Positions 30,998 to 40,706 are shown, numbered from the stretch's first letter. The stretch: DNA of 64,000 nt from an uncultured Nitrospiraceae bacterium (GCA_963846575.1 CAWJWJ010000002.1:896001-960000); one strand, 5' to 3'. Notes: generated by a model from the sequence alone, not told the origin. Translations and numbers: made by a program.

Positions 30998-32722
30998 ATG
31001 ATCAGACGATGGCCACGCAGCCATAGCGACCACGACCCGGGAATCAGAGTTCTGCTCCAGCTGCTGATTGTGTTGGTCGCATCGTTCACCTGCCCGGCGG
31101 GGATACTGGCGGCAGAGACCGGCAGGTTGGTGGAAAAAAATGGCAACTACGTCTTCGTCGAGAGTATGGATCCGTCCTTGAAGCTCCTGCTCGAACGGTC
31201 GGTCCAGAACGGCATGATCACGCAAGAGGAATATAACCGCGTGGTCCAGGACTCGGAGGAACGGGCGCAGTTGTTGATGCCGAGTTTTCGTGGTTGGTAC
31301 GACCGCGGATTCAACCTCTCGTTCAATGACAACGCCTTTTTTCTGAAGATCCGGTTCCGGAGCCAGATGCGGTTTACCCAACGGCTCAGGAACGAGGCCT
31401 GGCGCAATCCCGGAGAAGCCAAGAACTTTCCCGAACTGCTGGGGGTGTTCGGCGATTACCGCGCCAATCGTTCGGAGAGCACCGCCTCATCATTCAATAT
31501 CAGGCGGTTGCGGTTGTATTTCATGGGGCATCTCTTTGATCCGGACTTCAAATACTATATCCAAATGCGGGCAGAGACGGCGGAGAATGCACAGTCTCCC
31601 GGGTCCCTCTCGCTCATGGACGTGAATTTCACCTCCACGCACGTGCCCTGGATGAATGTCCAGTTCGGCCAGTACAAAGTGTATTTCAACCGGTCACAGA
31701 TCAATTCGACGGCCTCGATGCAGTTTGCGGAACGCGCATTGGTTCAGGATGCGTTCACGGCCAGCGGCCTGGATCGACGCGATGTCGGTATTACGATCAT
31801 GAATGACGAAGAGCTGTTTCCCGTTAACTACTACTTCGGTGTCTTCAACGGCGCGGGACCGAGTTTCAACCGGCTTGGCTCGTTCGGCTCAGAACAAGCC
31901 ACTGAGGGCTGCCCCGGCGGCCAGACCGGCGGGAATCCGTTCCCGTCTCCGGCCAACTGTCCCGTCAATCAACGGAATTTGAACGCGAATCTGCGGCTCG
32001 ATGTGGATCGGCTCATGTATGTGGGGCGGTTGAACGTCAACATTCTAGGCCGGCCCGGATATGGCGAAGGCGATCTCGCCTATTCCGAAACACCGCAATT
32101 GGCGGTGGGTGGAGGCTATTCCTACAATCCCGGCGTCAATACCAGCTCCGACAACGCGTTTGTCGGTCTGGACCTTGCCAATTTAAACATCCGGCGCCAA
32201 CTGGCTGCCTTTGGAAACGGACGGCAACTCGGTCTCGGTATTGTGGACTATTCAACCTGGGCGGCCGATGGAATCTTCAAGTATCGCGGGTTCTCGCTCC
32301 AGGGTGAGTTTTATTTCAAGAACATCAATCGCCATGAAAAAGGTTTGGCCTGCATGAACGTCGCCTGTACGGCGACGGCGCCCAATACCTTCGGTCATGC
32401 CACGGGTTGGTATGTGCAGGGCGGGTATTATGTGGTTCCGCGCACGGTGGAGCTGGCAGCCCGGTTCGCCTATTGGGATCCTGATACCCACTCGGCCAAC
32501 GATCTGATCAGAGAAACCGATGTGTCCTTGAACTGGTTCTTGAACGGAACCTACGATCATCAGATCATGGTGATGTACAGCAACACCCAGTTCGGGACCG
32601 GCGGGTATGCAATCGGCCGGAGTGCTCCCTTACCGCCTGGTTCCGGCACGGTGCCGCTCGATGCGGTCGGCGGGACGTTGATTGAACATGCCATTCGGGT
32701 GCAGTACCAGATCTTCTTCTAA
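30998..32722 (+). CDS. Outer-membrane porin (OprO/OprP phosphate-selective porin-like)
   Basis: RRLRL, GQYKV, RDVG, GVFNG, GWYVQGGY, terminal Phe. Confidence 0.8.
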   Translation: MIRRWPRSHSDHDPGIRVLLQLLIVLVASFTCPAGILAAETGRLVEKNGNYVFVESMDPSLKLLLERSVQNGMITQEEYNRVVQDSEERAQLLMPSFRGWYDRGFNLSFNDNAFFLKIRFRSQMRFTQRLRNEAWRNPGEAKNFPELLGVFGDYRANRSESTASSFNIRRLRLYFMGHLFDPDFKYYIQMRAETAENAQSPGSLSLMDVNFTSTHVPWMNVQFGQYKVYFNRSQINSTASMQFAERALVQDAFTASGLDRRDVGITIMNDEELFPVNYYFGVFNGAGPSFNRLGSFGSEQATEGCPGGQTGGNPFPSPANCPVNQRNLNANLRLDVDRLMYVGRLNVNILGRPGYGEGDLAYSETPQLAVGGGYSYNPGVNTSSDNAFVGLDLANLNIRRQLAAFGNGRQLGLGIVDYSTWAADGIFKYRGFSLQGEFYFKNINRHEKGLACMNVACTATAPNTFGHATGWYVQGGYYVVPRTVELAARFAYWDPDTHSANDLIRETDVSLNWFLNGTYDHQIMVMYSNTQFGTGGYAIGRSAPLPPGSGTVPLDAVGGTLIEHAIRVQYQIFF

Positions 32723-32909
32723 GGGTGGACCTGTGAGAGGGTATTGGCAACGGTCCCGTTGTCAGCGTCTCGATCGGGCGGAGGAACGGTCCTTGGATGG
32801 ACGGCTGTATCCTGTTCGTGTTCCCATACCAGTCACACGATGACGTGCTGGCACAAACCCGGAAATGAGGTGGTGTCTCCGCCGCCTCGCGAGGAAAGGA
32901 GTAGGAGCA

Positions 32910-33710
32910 GTGCTTTTTAAGCAACATGGACGGATGCGGCGGGTTGCGGGCTGGATGGTGGCGTTCGCCATGACGGCGGTGTGCGGCGGAGGTTTCTCCT
33001 CTGCCCAGGCTGAGGAGGTGGTGGTTGCGGCCGCGTCCGACCTCAACTTCGCCATCAAGGAAATGATTGCTGAATTCGAACAACACACCGGTCATCATGT
33101 GAAACTCTCTCTGGGTTCCTCCGGGAATTTTTATGCGCAACTGCAGCAAGGGGCGCCGTTTGATCTCTATTTTTCGGCAGACATCGGGTATCCCAAAAAG
33201 CTGGAAGAAGCCGGTCTCACGGCGCCGGGCACGCTCTATCGTTATGCGGTGGGCAGGATCGTCCTGTGGGTTCCGAAGTCCTCGCCCCTCGATGTATCCA
33301 AAGGCCTGATGGTGTTGCGTGAACCGACGATCCGGAAAATTGCGATCGCCAATCCGAAACATGCGCCCTACGGTCGTGCGGCAGTGGCGGCGATGGAACA
33401 TGCGCAGGTTTATGCGGCGGTCAGGGAGCGGCTGGTGCTCGGGGAGAACATTTCGCAGGCGGCGCAGTTCATCGAATCCGGGGCCTGCGATGTCGGCATC
33501 ATCGCCCTGTCTCTGGCGATGGCCCCGGCAATGAAGAGCGCGGGCACCTATTGGGAAATTCCTGCGGACAATCATCCGGCATTGGAACAGGGCGCGATCA
33601 TCATGAAACAGTCCAAGAAGCAGGAGATCGCCCGGCAGTTTCTGGGATTCATGAAAGGCGCTCAAGGGCAGGAGATCATGACTCGTTATGGCTTCACAGT
33701 CCCGGATTAA
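32910..33710 (+). CDS. modA: Molybdate ABC transporter substrate-binding protein
   Basis: AAASDL, GSSGNFYAQL, ANPKHAPYG, GENISQA. Confidence 0.93.
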   Translation: MLFKQHGRMRRVAGWMVAFAMTAVCGGGFSSAQAEEVVVAAASDLNFAIKEMIAEFEQHTGHHVKLSLGSSGNFYAQLQQGAPFDLYFSADIGYPKKLEEAGLTAPGTLYRYAVGRIVLWVPKSSPLDVSKGLMVLREPTIRKIAIANPKHAPYGRAAVAAMEHAQVYAAVRERLVLGENISQAAQFIESGACDVGIIALSLAMAPAMKSAGTYWEIPADNHPALEQGAIIMKQSKKQEIARQFLGFMKGAQGQEIMTRYGFTVPD

Positions 33711-34086
33711 AAGGGCGCTACCCCAGCTCTGCCTCCTTCTCCTGATCTCCGCCGGGGGGTGCTCCGAAGCCGTGTTGTTAACCCGGGAGTCAGAGCAGGG
33801 CGGTGTGATGACCTACAGCTATCGAGACGATCGGGGCGGTCCCATGGGATCGCCGTACAGGAAGCAGGCGCTCGACGCGATTCAGAACAAGTGTCGTGAG
33901 GGATCTCGCATCCTGCGTGAAGGGGAAGTGAAGGGGTATTCCAGCGCCGGTCTGGGCATCGTCGAAGGAACCGAAGACGAATCGAGGGGCAGGCGATGGG
34001 GGATTCAGTTTGAATGTAGGGTCTCGGGCAGTACCGTGGACCGAGGTTCTGCTGCATCCCAATCCGGCGTAGCGGGGAAGAGCTGA
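33688..34086 (+). CDS. Hypothetical lipoprotein
   Basis: Lipobox AGGC, paired Cys. Confidence 0.6.
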   Translation: MASQSRIKRALPQLCLLLLISAGGCSEAVLLTRESEQGGVMTYSYRDDRGGPMGSPYRKQALDAIQNKCREGSRILREGEVKGYSSAGLGIVEGTEDESRGRRWGIQFECRVSGSTVDRGSAASQSGVAGKS

Positions 34087-34258
34087 GCTGCGGGCTCGCC
34101 GATGTCTGGGGTTCATGCCGGTCGGAGTGAAATGGTCGGCCACGACGCCTGTGCCGGGTTAGGTGAGTCTATGGGCGTCGTCGATCTGCCTGTCGTGGTT
34201 GTTAGTCGGCATGACCGATGTAGATCGAACGGTCGCCTCAACAGGAAGGAGAACTGCC

Positions 34259-34462
34259 ATGAAACTGAGCGCCAGGAATCAATTTCAAGGAACGGTGACT
34301 CACATCACTGAAGGCCAAGCCATGGCCGAGGTCGTCGTGAAGGTCGGAAATCTGGAGTTCGTGGCCGCCATCACCGAAGGGTCCGTCAAGAGCATGGGAC
34401 TCCAGATGAACGACAGGGTGACCGTCGCCGTGAAGGCCACGGAAGTTATGATCGGAAAATGA
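34259..34462 (+). CDS. TOBE/Mop molybdate-binding protein (molbindin)
   Basis: MKLSARNQFQG...AITEGSV..MGL...VKATEVMI; RBS AGGAG. Confidence 0.9.
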   Translation: MKLSARNQFQGTVTHITEGQAMAEVVVKVGNLEFVAAITEGSVKSMGLQMNDRVTVAVKATEVMIGK

Positions 34463-34544
34463 GCGGAGCGAAGTTGACCTTCTCCGGCGCTGTCCGTGAC
34501 AATACGCCGCCCGGAACGGCTCCGACGATGATTGGGACAGACGT

Positions 34545-35219
34545 GTGAACTGGATTGCAATCTGGGTGACGTTCAAACTGGCCGCGCTCACGGCGCTGGT
34601 GCTCTTGATCATCGGGCTTCCCATTGCCTATTGGGTCAGTTTTTCGCGGAGGCGATGGAAATTTATCGTGGAGTCGGTGGTGGCGCTGCCGTTGGTGCTG
34701 CCGCCGACCGTGCTCGGGTTCTACATCCTTGTCGCCATCGGCCCGCACAGTCCCTTCGGGCGGTTGTATAACGATCTCGTCGGGCATCCTCTGCCCTTTA
34801 CCTTCGAAGGTTTGCTGTTCGCCTCCATTCTCTACAGCCTCCCTTTTGCCGTGCAACCGTTTGCCGCCGCCTTCGAGCAGGTCGACCGGCGGCTCATCGA
34901 AGCGTCCTGGACGCTGGGCGTCTCGAAGCTCAAGACCTTTTTCAAGCTGATCGTGCCGCTTTCGAAGGCCGGTTTGGTGACCGGCGCCGTCCTGAGCTTC
35001 GCCCATACGATGGGGGAATTCGGGGTCGTTCTGATGGTCGGAGGCAATCTCGAAGGTGAGACACGCACGGTCTCGATCGATATCTACGATGAAGTGCAGG
35101 CCCTCAATTATGCCGGTGCCGCCAAGACTGCGCTCTTTCTACTGGTCGTCTCCTATGCCGTCCTGCTCCTGGTCTATGCGGTCAATCGAAATGTGTGGGC
35201 AGCATGGCCGCAGAAATAG
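34545..35219 (+). CDS. modB: Molybdate ABC transporter permease
   Basis: LPLVLPPTVLGF, FAHTMGEFG. Confidence 0.95.
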   Translation: MNWIAIWVTFKLAALTALVLLIIGLPIAYWVSFSRRRWKFIVESVVALPLVLPPTVLGFYILVAIGPHSPFGRLYNDLVGHPLPFTFEGLLFASILYSLPFAVQPFAAAFEQVDRRLIEASWTLGVSKLKTFFKLIVPLSKAGLVTGAVLSFAHTMGEFGVVLMVGGNLEGETRTVSIDIYDEVQALNYAGAAKTALFLLVVSYAVLLLVYAVNRNVWAAWPQK

Positions 35220-36298
35220 CCATTCAGATCCTCAAGACCTTCCCTGGCCGTGGGCCGATTCGAGCCAGGATCCGCTATTCCATCGAGTCATCGACCGTCT
35301 TGATCCTCTTCGGTCCCTCGGGGTCCGGCAAGACGACGATTCTCAGATGCCTGGCAGGGCTGGAATGGCCGGAAGAGGGGAGCATCCGGTTCGTGTCCAG
35401 ACTGTGGCTGGACACCAAAGCAGGAATACGAGTCCCGCCGCAGCATCGACATGTCGGCTACATGCCGCAAGACTATGCGCTGTTTCCGACCCATACCGTG
35501 GCAGGAAATATTGCCTATGGACTCGGTCATTTGTCCGGCGTGGAGCGTCAGAAACGTGTGGACGAGATGGTGGATCTGTTTCAATTGCACGGCCTGGAGG
35601 CCGCGAAACCCCGTGAACTGTCCGGCGGCCAACAACAGCGGGTCGCGCTTGCTCGAGCGGTCGCACCTCGGCCGCTGCTGCTCCTGCTCGACGAACCGTT
35701 GTCCGCGCTGGATGCCCCGACGCGGTTGCATCTGAGAGACGACTTACGCAGCCTCCTCAAGCAGTTGGCCCTGCCGTCGATCATCGTCACGCACGACTGG
35801 ACGGAGGCTCTGACGCTTGGCGACGTCATGGCCGTTATCAATGAGGGCGACGTGTTGCAGGTTGGAGCGCCGATCGAGGTCTTCAGCCGTCCGCAAGACG
35901 CAACCGTGGCGCGCATCGTCGGAGTAGAGACGGTGGTGAAGGGCAGAGTCGTCGGATCGGCAAGCGGCATGTTGCAGGTGAGAGTCAATGGCACGACATT
36001 AACCGCCGTCGAGGGTGAATCGGAGGGACCTGATGTATTTGTCTGCATCCGATCGGAAGATGTGGTCTTGGAGCGAGGCCAGACGCACGTCAGCAGCGCG
36101 CGCAATCACGTGTCTGGAATGGTCACGACGGTGACCCGTCTTGGGGCCTTGGCGCGGGTCACGATCGATTGCGGGTTTCCGCTTGTGGCCATGGTGACTC
36201 ATTCAGCCGTGGAAGAGTTCGGGCTGGGTTCCGGTGTTCCCGTGGTGGCGGCCATTAAGGCCGGCGCCGTTCATCTGGTGTCGAGACAAGGCGACTAG
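35204..36298 (+). CDS. modC: Molybdate ABC transporter ATPase with TOBE domains
   Basis: GPSGSGKT, LSGGQQQR, LLDEP, SSARNH. Confidence 0.9.
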   Translation: MAAEIAIQILKTFPGRGPIRARIRYSIESSTVLILFGPSGSGKTTILRCLAGLEWPEEGSIRFVSRLWLDTKAGIRVPPQHRHVGYMPQDYALFPTHTVAGNIAYGLGHLSGVERQKRVDEMVDLFQLHGLEAAKPRELSGGQQQRVALARAVAPRPLLLLLDEPLSALDAPTRLHLRDDLRSLLKQLALPSIIVTHDWTEALTLGDVMAVINEGDVLQVGAPIEVFSRPQDATVARIVGVETVVKGRVVGSASGMLQVRVNGTTLTAVEGESEGPDVFVCIRSEDVVLERGQTHVSSARNHVSGMVTTVTRLGALARVTIDCGFPLVAMVTHSAVEEFGLGSGVPVVAAIKAGAVHLVSRQGD

Positions 36299-36354
36299 AG
36301 GATGGTAAACGACCGAAGACGCGAGAAGTTGGGCTCAGGGCAGCTGGCGGTTGG

Positions 36355-37089
36355 TTAAAACGCCCCGGTGATACTGGCGCCGAACTTGTCCCGCACAATA
36401 GGGGTGGCTTCCTCGATGTTCAGATGTTTCTGGAGTACGTGGGCCACCGATCGCATTTTGTACGCTCGGGACGGACCTTCCTTTCCCTGCTCCGTGACCA
36501 GCACGTCGGCGACGCAGAGATAGGTCACATCATCGCTCTGTTGCGGCTGCGCCATGCCGGGATACCCGCCCCGGCCGCTCATGGCCATCCGCATCAGGGC
36601 ATTCATGTCCGGCATGGCCCCGCCATTCAGTCCCATGGCGCGCATCGCTTGCCCGTTCATGCCGCCGGGCATTCCCGGGAACAGGCCGCCCATCGCCTCC
36701 ATGTCGACTCCGCCAGCGTTGGCAAGAGGGGTTCCTCCGCTGCCGATGCCCGCGCCGAAACCAGCCTTGGCGACCGCCTCGGGTCTGACTCCCTCTCCTG
36801 CCTTGTGGCAATACACGACCTGGGTCTGTAGCCAATAGTCCGCGTCCACCGGGTCCTTGACGACGTGGTAGCCCTTTGCGCTCAGCCTGGTTGGAATGTC
36901 CGAGGGGGTTGCGCCTTGGTTTTCGGAGGTGTTGCGGATCTGCACATAGACGGTACGTGCGGCACTCGGAGGCAGCAGTATGGAGGTATCGTTGACCAGC
37001 CCGGATCGCAACACGTTGCTGCAACCCGTCAACAGAAGCAGGCCGGCAACCATGCTGCTCATTGCACCGTGGGTGAGGTGCCTGCGCAT
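36355..37089 (-). CDS. TraT-like outer-membrane lipoprotein with a Met/Gly-rich segment
   Basis: Lipobox LTGC; RTVYVQIRNTS, LSAKGYHVVKDP..ADYWLQ. Confidence 0.72.
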   Translation of the reverse strand: MRRHLTHGAMSSMVAGLLLLTGCSNVLRSGLVNDTSILLPPSAARTVYVQIRNTSENQGATPSDIPTRLSAKGYHVVKDPVDADYWLQTQVVYCHKAGEGVRPEAVAKAGFGAGIGSGGTPLANAGGVDMEAMGGLFPGMPGGMNGQAMRAMGLNGGAMPDMNALMRMAMSGRGGYPGMAQPQQSDDVTYLCVADVLVTEQGKEGPSRAYKMRSVAHVLQKHLNIEEATPIVRDKFGASITGAF

Positions 37090-37111
37090 CGTTGATCCCT
37101 CCAGCGCCAGT

Positions 37112-37831
37112 TCAGAAGTGTCCTGCCACCGCCGCGCTCAGTCGCTGCTGCACCAGTGGAGTCGCTTCCTGTTCATCGAGTTTCTTCTGAAGCACGCTCG
37201 CCGCCAATCGCGTTTGGTACACCCCGATCGGGGGCTGCATGCCGGCTTGGGACACAGGCATGCTCCCGCCCGTTTTGACGAGCTCTGTGATCTGAAGATC
37301 CGCGATGCAGGCGTAATTGATGTTCTCATTGGCATCGGGCCGCGACGGTCCGCCGAACATGTTGCCCACGGCACTTCCAAGCCCCTCCGCGGCATTCAGC
37401 CCCATGCTGGCCGCGCCCCCGACCAGGGCACCCTGCGGACCAGCCATGCTCGCCATTCCGGTCAATCCGTGCAGCCCGGACAGGATCGAGCTTCCGATTC
37501 CCGAGCCATACCCACCGGCGACCATGTCCTCCACCGGCAACTCGACCTTGGTTTGGTTGCAGTAGACGATGTTGGTCAGTACCACGTAGGCCGCGGCTTT
37601 GGGATCCTGCACGACCTGGTACCCTTTGGCGCTTAGTCGCGAGGCCAGGTCGGTGAGCGACACGTCCTGATTGTCGGAAGAGTTTCGATTCTGGAGGAAG
37701 ACCGTTCGCGCCGTTGAGGGCGCCAGGATGATGCTGTTGCTGGCCAGGAGATCGGTGTCGCGAACGTTGGCCGAGCAACCGGCCACCAGGAGTATCGCTG
37801 CCAGAAACCCAACGAAGGAGCCTGGAGCCAT
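37112..37831 (-). CDS. TraT-like outer-membrane lipoprotein
   Basis: Lipobox VAGC; RTVFLQNRNSSD, LSAKGYQVVQDP, Gly-rich hairpin, ADLQITE; start could be 37873. Confidence 0.75.
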   Translation of the reverse strand: MAPGSFVGFLAAILLVAGCSANVRDTDLLASNSIILAPSTARTVFLQNRNSSDNQDVSLTDLASRLSAKGYQVVQDPKAAAYVVLTNIVYCNQTKVELPVEDMVAGGYGSGIGSSILSGLHGLTGMASMAGPQGALVGGAASMGLNAAEGLGSAVGNMFGGPSRPDANENINYACIADLQITELVKTGGSMPVSQAGMQPPIGVYQTRLAASVLQKKLDEQEATPLVQQRLSAAVAGHF

Positions 37832-37965
37832 CTGCGCGTTCCCGGGAAGTGTGAGGTTGCCGGCCAGAGACAATCGCGGCGCATTCTAGGTGAATCCCGC
37901 CCGGCTTTGCAATCAAAAGAGTGGCAAAAATCACGGGATAAATAATGAAAAAAAATTCTCGAAAC

Positions 37966-38244
37966 CTCTCCCCAAAATCTGTGGATATCTCTGTTGATAG
38001 TCTCTCCGCGGTAGGCCAACAGTCCCGCTAATTCATGCCGCATACCATGTTGCCTATTTTTTAGGCATAGGAAGATATATTGTCTTGACCACAACATATA
38101 GTGGAACGCAGCGGCATTGTATGTATTAGCAAACACGTTCTAGACGGACGCGAATAACGTCCTGAACGGCGGGTGAGCAGCTTGTTTATTCGCGGAGGGT
38201 CGCAAATCTCTGTTGACTTATGCACAGAATGGTTCTGTGCAAGG
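37966..38244. promoter_or_regulatory. DnaA-box clusters with Fis-like and NrdR-like sites (DARS-like element)
   Basis: CTCTCCCCA-aaatc-TGTGGATAT-ctc-TGTTGATAG (37966-38000); GCCTATTTTTTAGGC (38052-38066); CCACAACATATAGTGG (38089-38104); TTATGCACA (38218-38226). Confidence 0.55.
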
Positions 38245-38642
38245 GGGTGATCACGACCCTGTAAGTTACAATAACCGCTTTGGAAGAGCCTGCCGGAATA
38301 GTCAAGAACGTACCGCCTCTATTTCTTGGACACCCGGTTGATGAAATCCACACCGTGCCCGCTATGGCCAGTCGGTCGCAGCGCACTTGGGCCGGAACGC
38401 GAACGTCATGTCCGTGTCATGCAATGAGCCACTCCTCACCGGTGGAGGCCGTTTGGGGCCCATGTGTGGTCGCCGGCGAGACGGGAGTGGCCTGACGGGC
38501 TTGTTGGGCAGAGAACGTCGCTTGAGACAGCCCGACTCCTCAGCGGAGCCAGGCCGGAGCCGATGCGTGCCTCGGCTGTTGCCAGGCACGCATCGCCCCC
38601 ACCTGTTTCAATGTACCTGCTTATGGACGCTTGCGGTCGTCC

Positions 38643-38993
38643 TTAGTAGGCCTTGCTGAATCCGGCTTCGCCGTCGTAGTTCCACAACTTTTGCGCGGCG
38701 GACCACCACCAGCCTTGTCGGGTCAGGGCGTCCAGGAACACATTGACATCCGCGTCCTGCACGTCTTTGGTCGCCATGAACCGGCAGCGGTACCAATTCA
38801 CCTGCAGCAGATCCGGACTCACGAAGCCGGGCCAGACCTTCGTGCCACGATTCGAGATGAATTCACATTTGAACGGTCCGATGTCCTCGAACGCCGGGAT
38901 CCCCTTCTCGGTGATAATGTACATATCGATCCCGACTAGGGTGATCTGGCGCTTTTTTTTCGTCGCTTTCGCAGTGTGAGTGAATGTCAGCAT
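38643..38993 (-). CDS. Stand-alone isocitrate dehydrogenase C-terminal domain protein (Thermus/Rickettsia-type IDH tail)
   Basis: LVGIDMY, ISNRGTKVWP, YRCRF, KLWNYDGEAGFSKA; own AAGGAG RBS. Confidence 0.8.
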   Translation of the reverse strand: MLTFTHTAKATKKKRQITLVGIDMYIITEKGIPAFEDIGPFKCEFISNRGTKVWPGFVSPDLLQVNWYRCRFMATKDVQDADVNVFLDALTRQGWWWSAAQKLWNYDGEAGFSKAY

Positions 38994-39031
38994 CGCGCTT
39001 CTCCTTTTCCATTCAGCGAGTGATCTCGCGC

Positions 39032-40048
39032 TTAGGCCGTTGCATGCATTTGATCTACGATGGCTTGCGCGTACTCATCCGTTGACGCGGTTCCACCGAC
39101 GTCATACGTCACGTGTTTTCGCTGATCGAGGACCGCAAACATGGCCTTTGTAATCCGATCGGCTGCCGTGTGCTCCTTTAGCCAGCGTAGCATCATGATT
39201 CCGGAGACCAGCACAGCCGACGGATTGACCTTCTTCATCCCGGCGTACTTCGGCGCGGATCCATGCACCGCTTCGAAGATCGCGCAGTCGTCGCCGACAT
39301 TGGCGCCCGGCGCGAAGCCGAGGCCGCCCACCAGGCCGGCGCACAGGTCCGTGAGGATGTCGCCGTACAGATTCGGGAGCACCAAGCAATCAAACTGCGC
39401 CGGATTTCTCACGAGCTGCATGCAGCAATTATCCACGATGATGTCGCCGGATTCGATATCGGGATATTTCTTCGCGACCTCTCGGAAGGCATCGAGAAAG
39501 AGGCCATCGGTCATCTTCATGATGTTGGCCTTGTGAACGCAGTAGACCTTCTTGCGTCCGTTCTCTTGGGCCCACTTGAAGGCGAAGTCGGCGATGCGAT
39601 AGGAGCCAGGCCAGGTAATGACCTTCAAACATTGCGCGACTTCGTCTGACACCATATGCTCGATGGCCGCGTAGCAATCCTCGGTGTTCTCCCGAAAGTT
39701 CAGGATATCGATCTTGTCCCAGGGCCGCTTGAGCACCGGGATCAGTTTCGCAGGCCGCACGTTGGCGTAAAGATCGAACACCTTCCGGAGCGTCACATTC
39801 GCGCTCTTGTGACCGGTTCCGACCGGCGTGGTGGTAGGGCCTTTCAGCGCGATCTTGTTTTTGGCGATGGCTTGCACTGTCTTGTCCGGCAGCAACGTGC
39901 CGTGCTTATCCAAGCAGTCCAGTCCGATCTCTTCATACTCCCATTTGATATCGACACCGCTGGCATCGATCACAAGCCGGACCGCTTCGCAAATTTCCGG
40001 GCCGGTGCCCTCTCCCGGTAACATCGTCACGACATGCTGTGTGGCCAT
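39032..40048 (-). CDS. icd: Isocitrate/isopropylmalate dehydrogenase family, probably isocitrate dehydrogenase
   Basis: PGEGTGPEI, LKGPTTTPVG, SANVTLRK, RENTED, HKANIMK, NLYGDILTD, FEAVHGSAP. Confidence 0.85.
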   Translation of the reverse strand: MATQHVVTMLPGEGTGPEICEAVRLVIDASGVDIKWEYEEIGLDCLDKHGTLLPDKTVQAIAKNKIALKGPTTTPVGTGHKSANVTLRKVFDLYANVRPAKLIPVLKRPWDKIDILNFRENTEDCYAAIEHMVSDEVAQCLKVITWPGSYRIADFAFKWAQENGRKKVYCVHKANIMKMTDGLFLDAFREVAKKYPDIESGDIIVDNCCMQLVRNPAQFDCLVLPNLYGDILTDLCAGLVGGLGFAPGANVGDDCAIFEAVHGSAPKYAGMKKVNPSAVLVSGIMMLRWLKEHTAADRITKAMFAVLDQRKHVTYDVGGTASTDEYAQAIVDQMHATA

Positions 40049-40110
40049 GAACAAATCTCCCTTAAGCAGCAAGAGGTGTCGGACCATCCGCTCCCTCGGT
40101 TGGAGATCAC

Positions 40111-40126
40111 TGCAAGTCAGGTTCCA
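40111..40126 (-). promoter_or_regulatory. Sigma54 (-24/-12) promoter of icd
   Basis: Minus strand TGGAACCTGACTTGCA versus consensus TGGCAC-N5-TTGCW. Confidence 0.7.
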
Positions 40127-40243
40127 GACTGGCCGACGACTGCCGTGGGCCAGGAGGCCCGGAGTTTCCCTGTTATTTCTCGGCTCGTCGCGGCCTGGAG
40201 TGTCCGGCGAAGCAGCATCCTTCCCGGGCCTGATGGACATTCC

Positions 40244-40288
40244 GTGCATCGCCACACGAGCTGCACCGCGGCCGGTGCGCCACTGCTC
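40244..40288. promoter_or_regulatory. Putative upstream activator sites (icd)
   Basis: GTGC-ATCGCC-ACAC (40244-40257) and one-mismatch GTGC-GCCACT-GCTC (40275-40288). Confidence 0.5.
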
Positions 40289-40706
40289 GACGCTCTCATC
40301 TCAGACTGTGATACGACGACAGATATCGGGGGTGAGAGAGGGGTAGGTCGCAGGGCACATAGTGCGCCGTGACTATTGGGCTTGACAGAGTTGCGCCCGG
40401 AATCGCTCGTCTAGGCTGAAGCGTGACGTGATGACCAGAGGCGGATAATCACCGGGAGAATCCGGCAGGCGTAAGTATGGTGACAACCGATGCCGGGGTC
40501 CTGAACTGCACAACGTCCTGGCTCTTGTGGTACGGTTGAATCGATCGGCTCCCGGACGTTCCCCCAGGTTTCGTATGCCGCCAACCGTCTCATTCCTCTA
40601 CACTCACCACCGCACGGCCCAGGGTATCTTGTGCAATCGGGTTCAGACAGTGTTTCTAACCCTTGCCACAGAACCTTGGCAGAAATCCCGCTGGTGCATC
40701 CCGCGG

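Noticed and set aside
37880..38640. Chromosomal origin oriC
   Set aside because: No dnaA, dnaN or gidA neighbours and no clear unwinding element; cannot be excluded without GC skew, so reported as DARS-like
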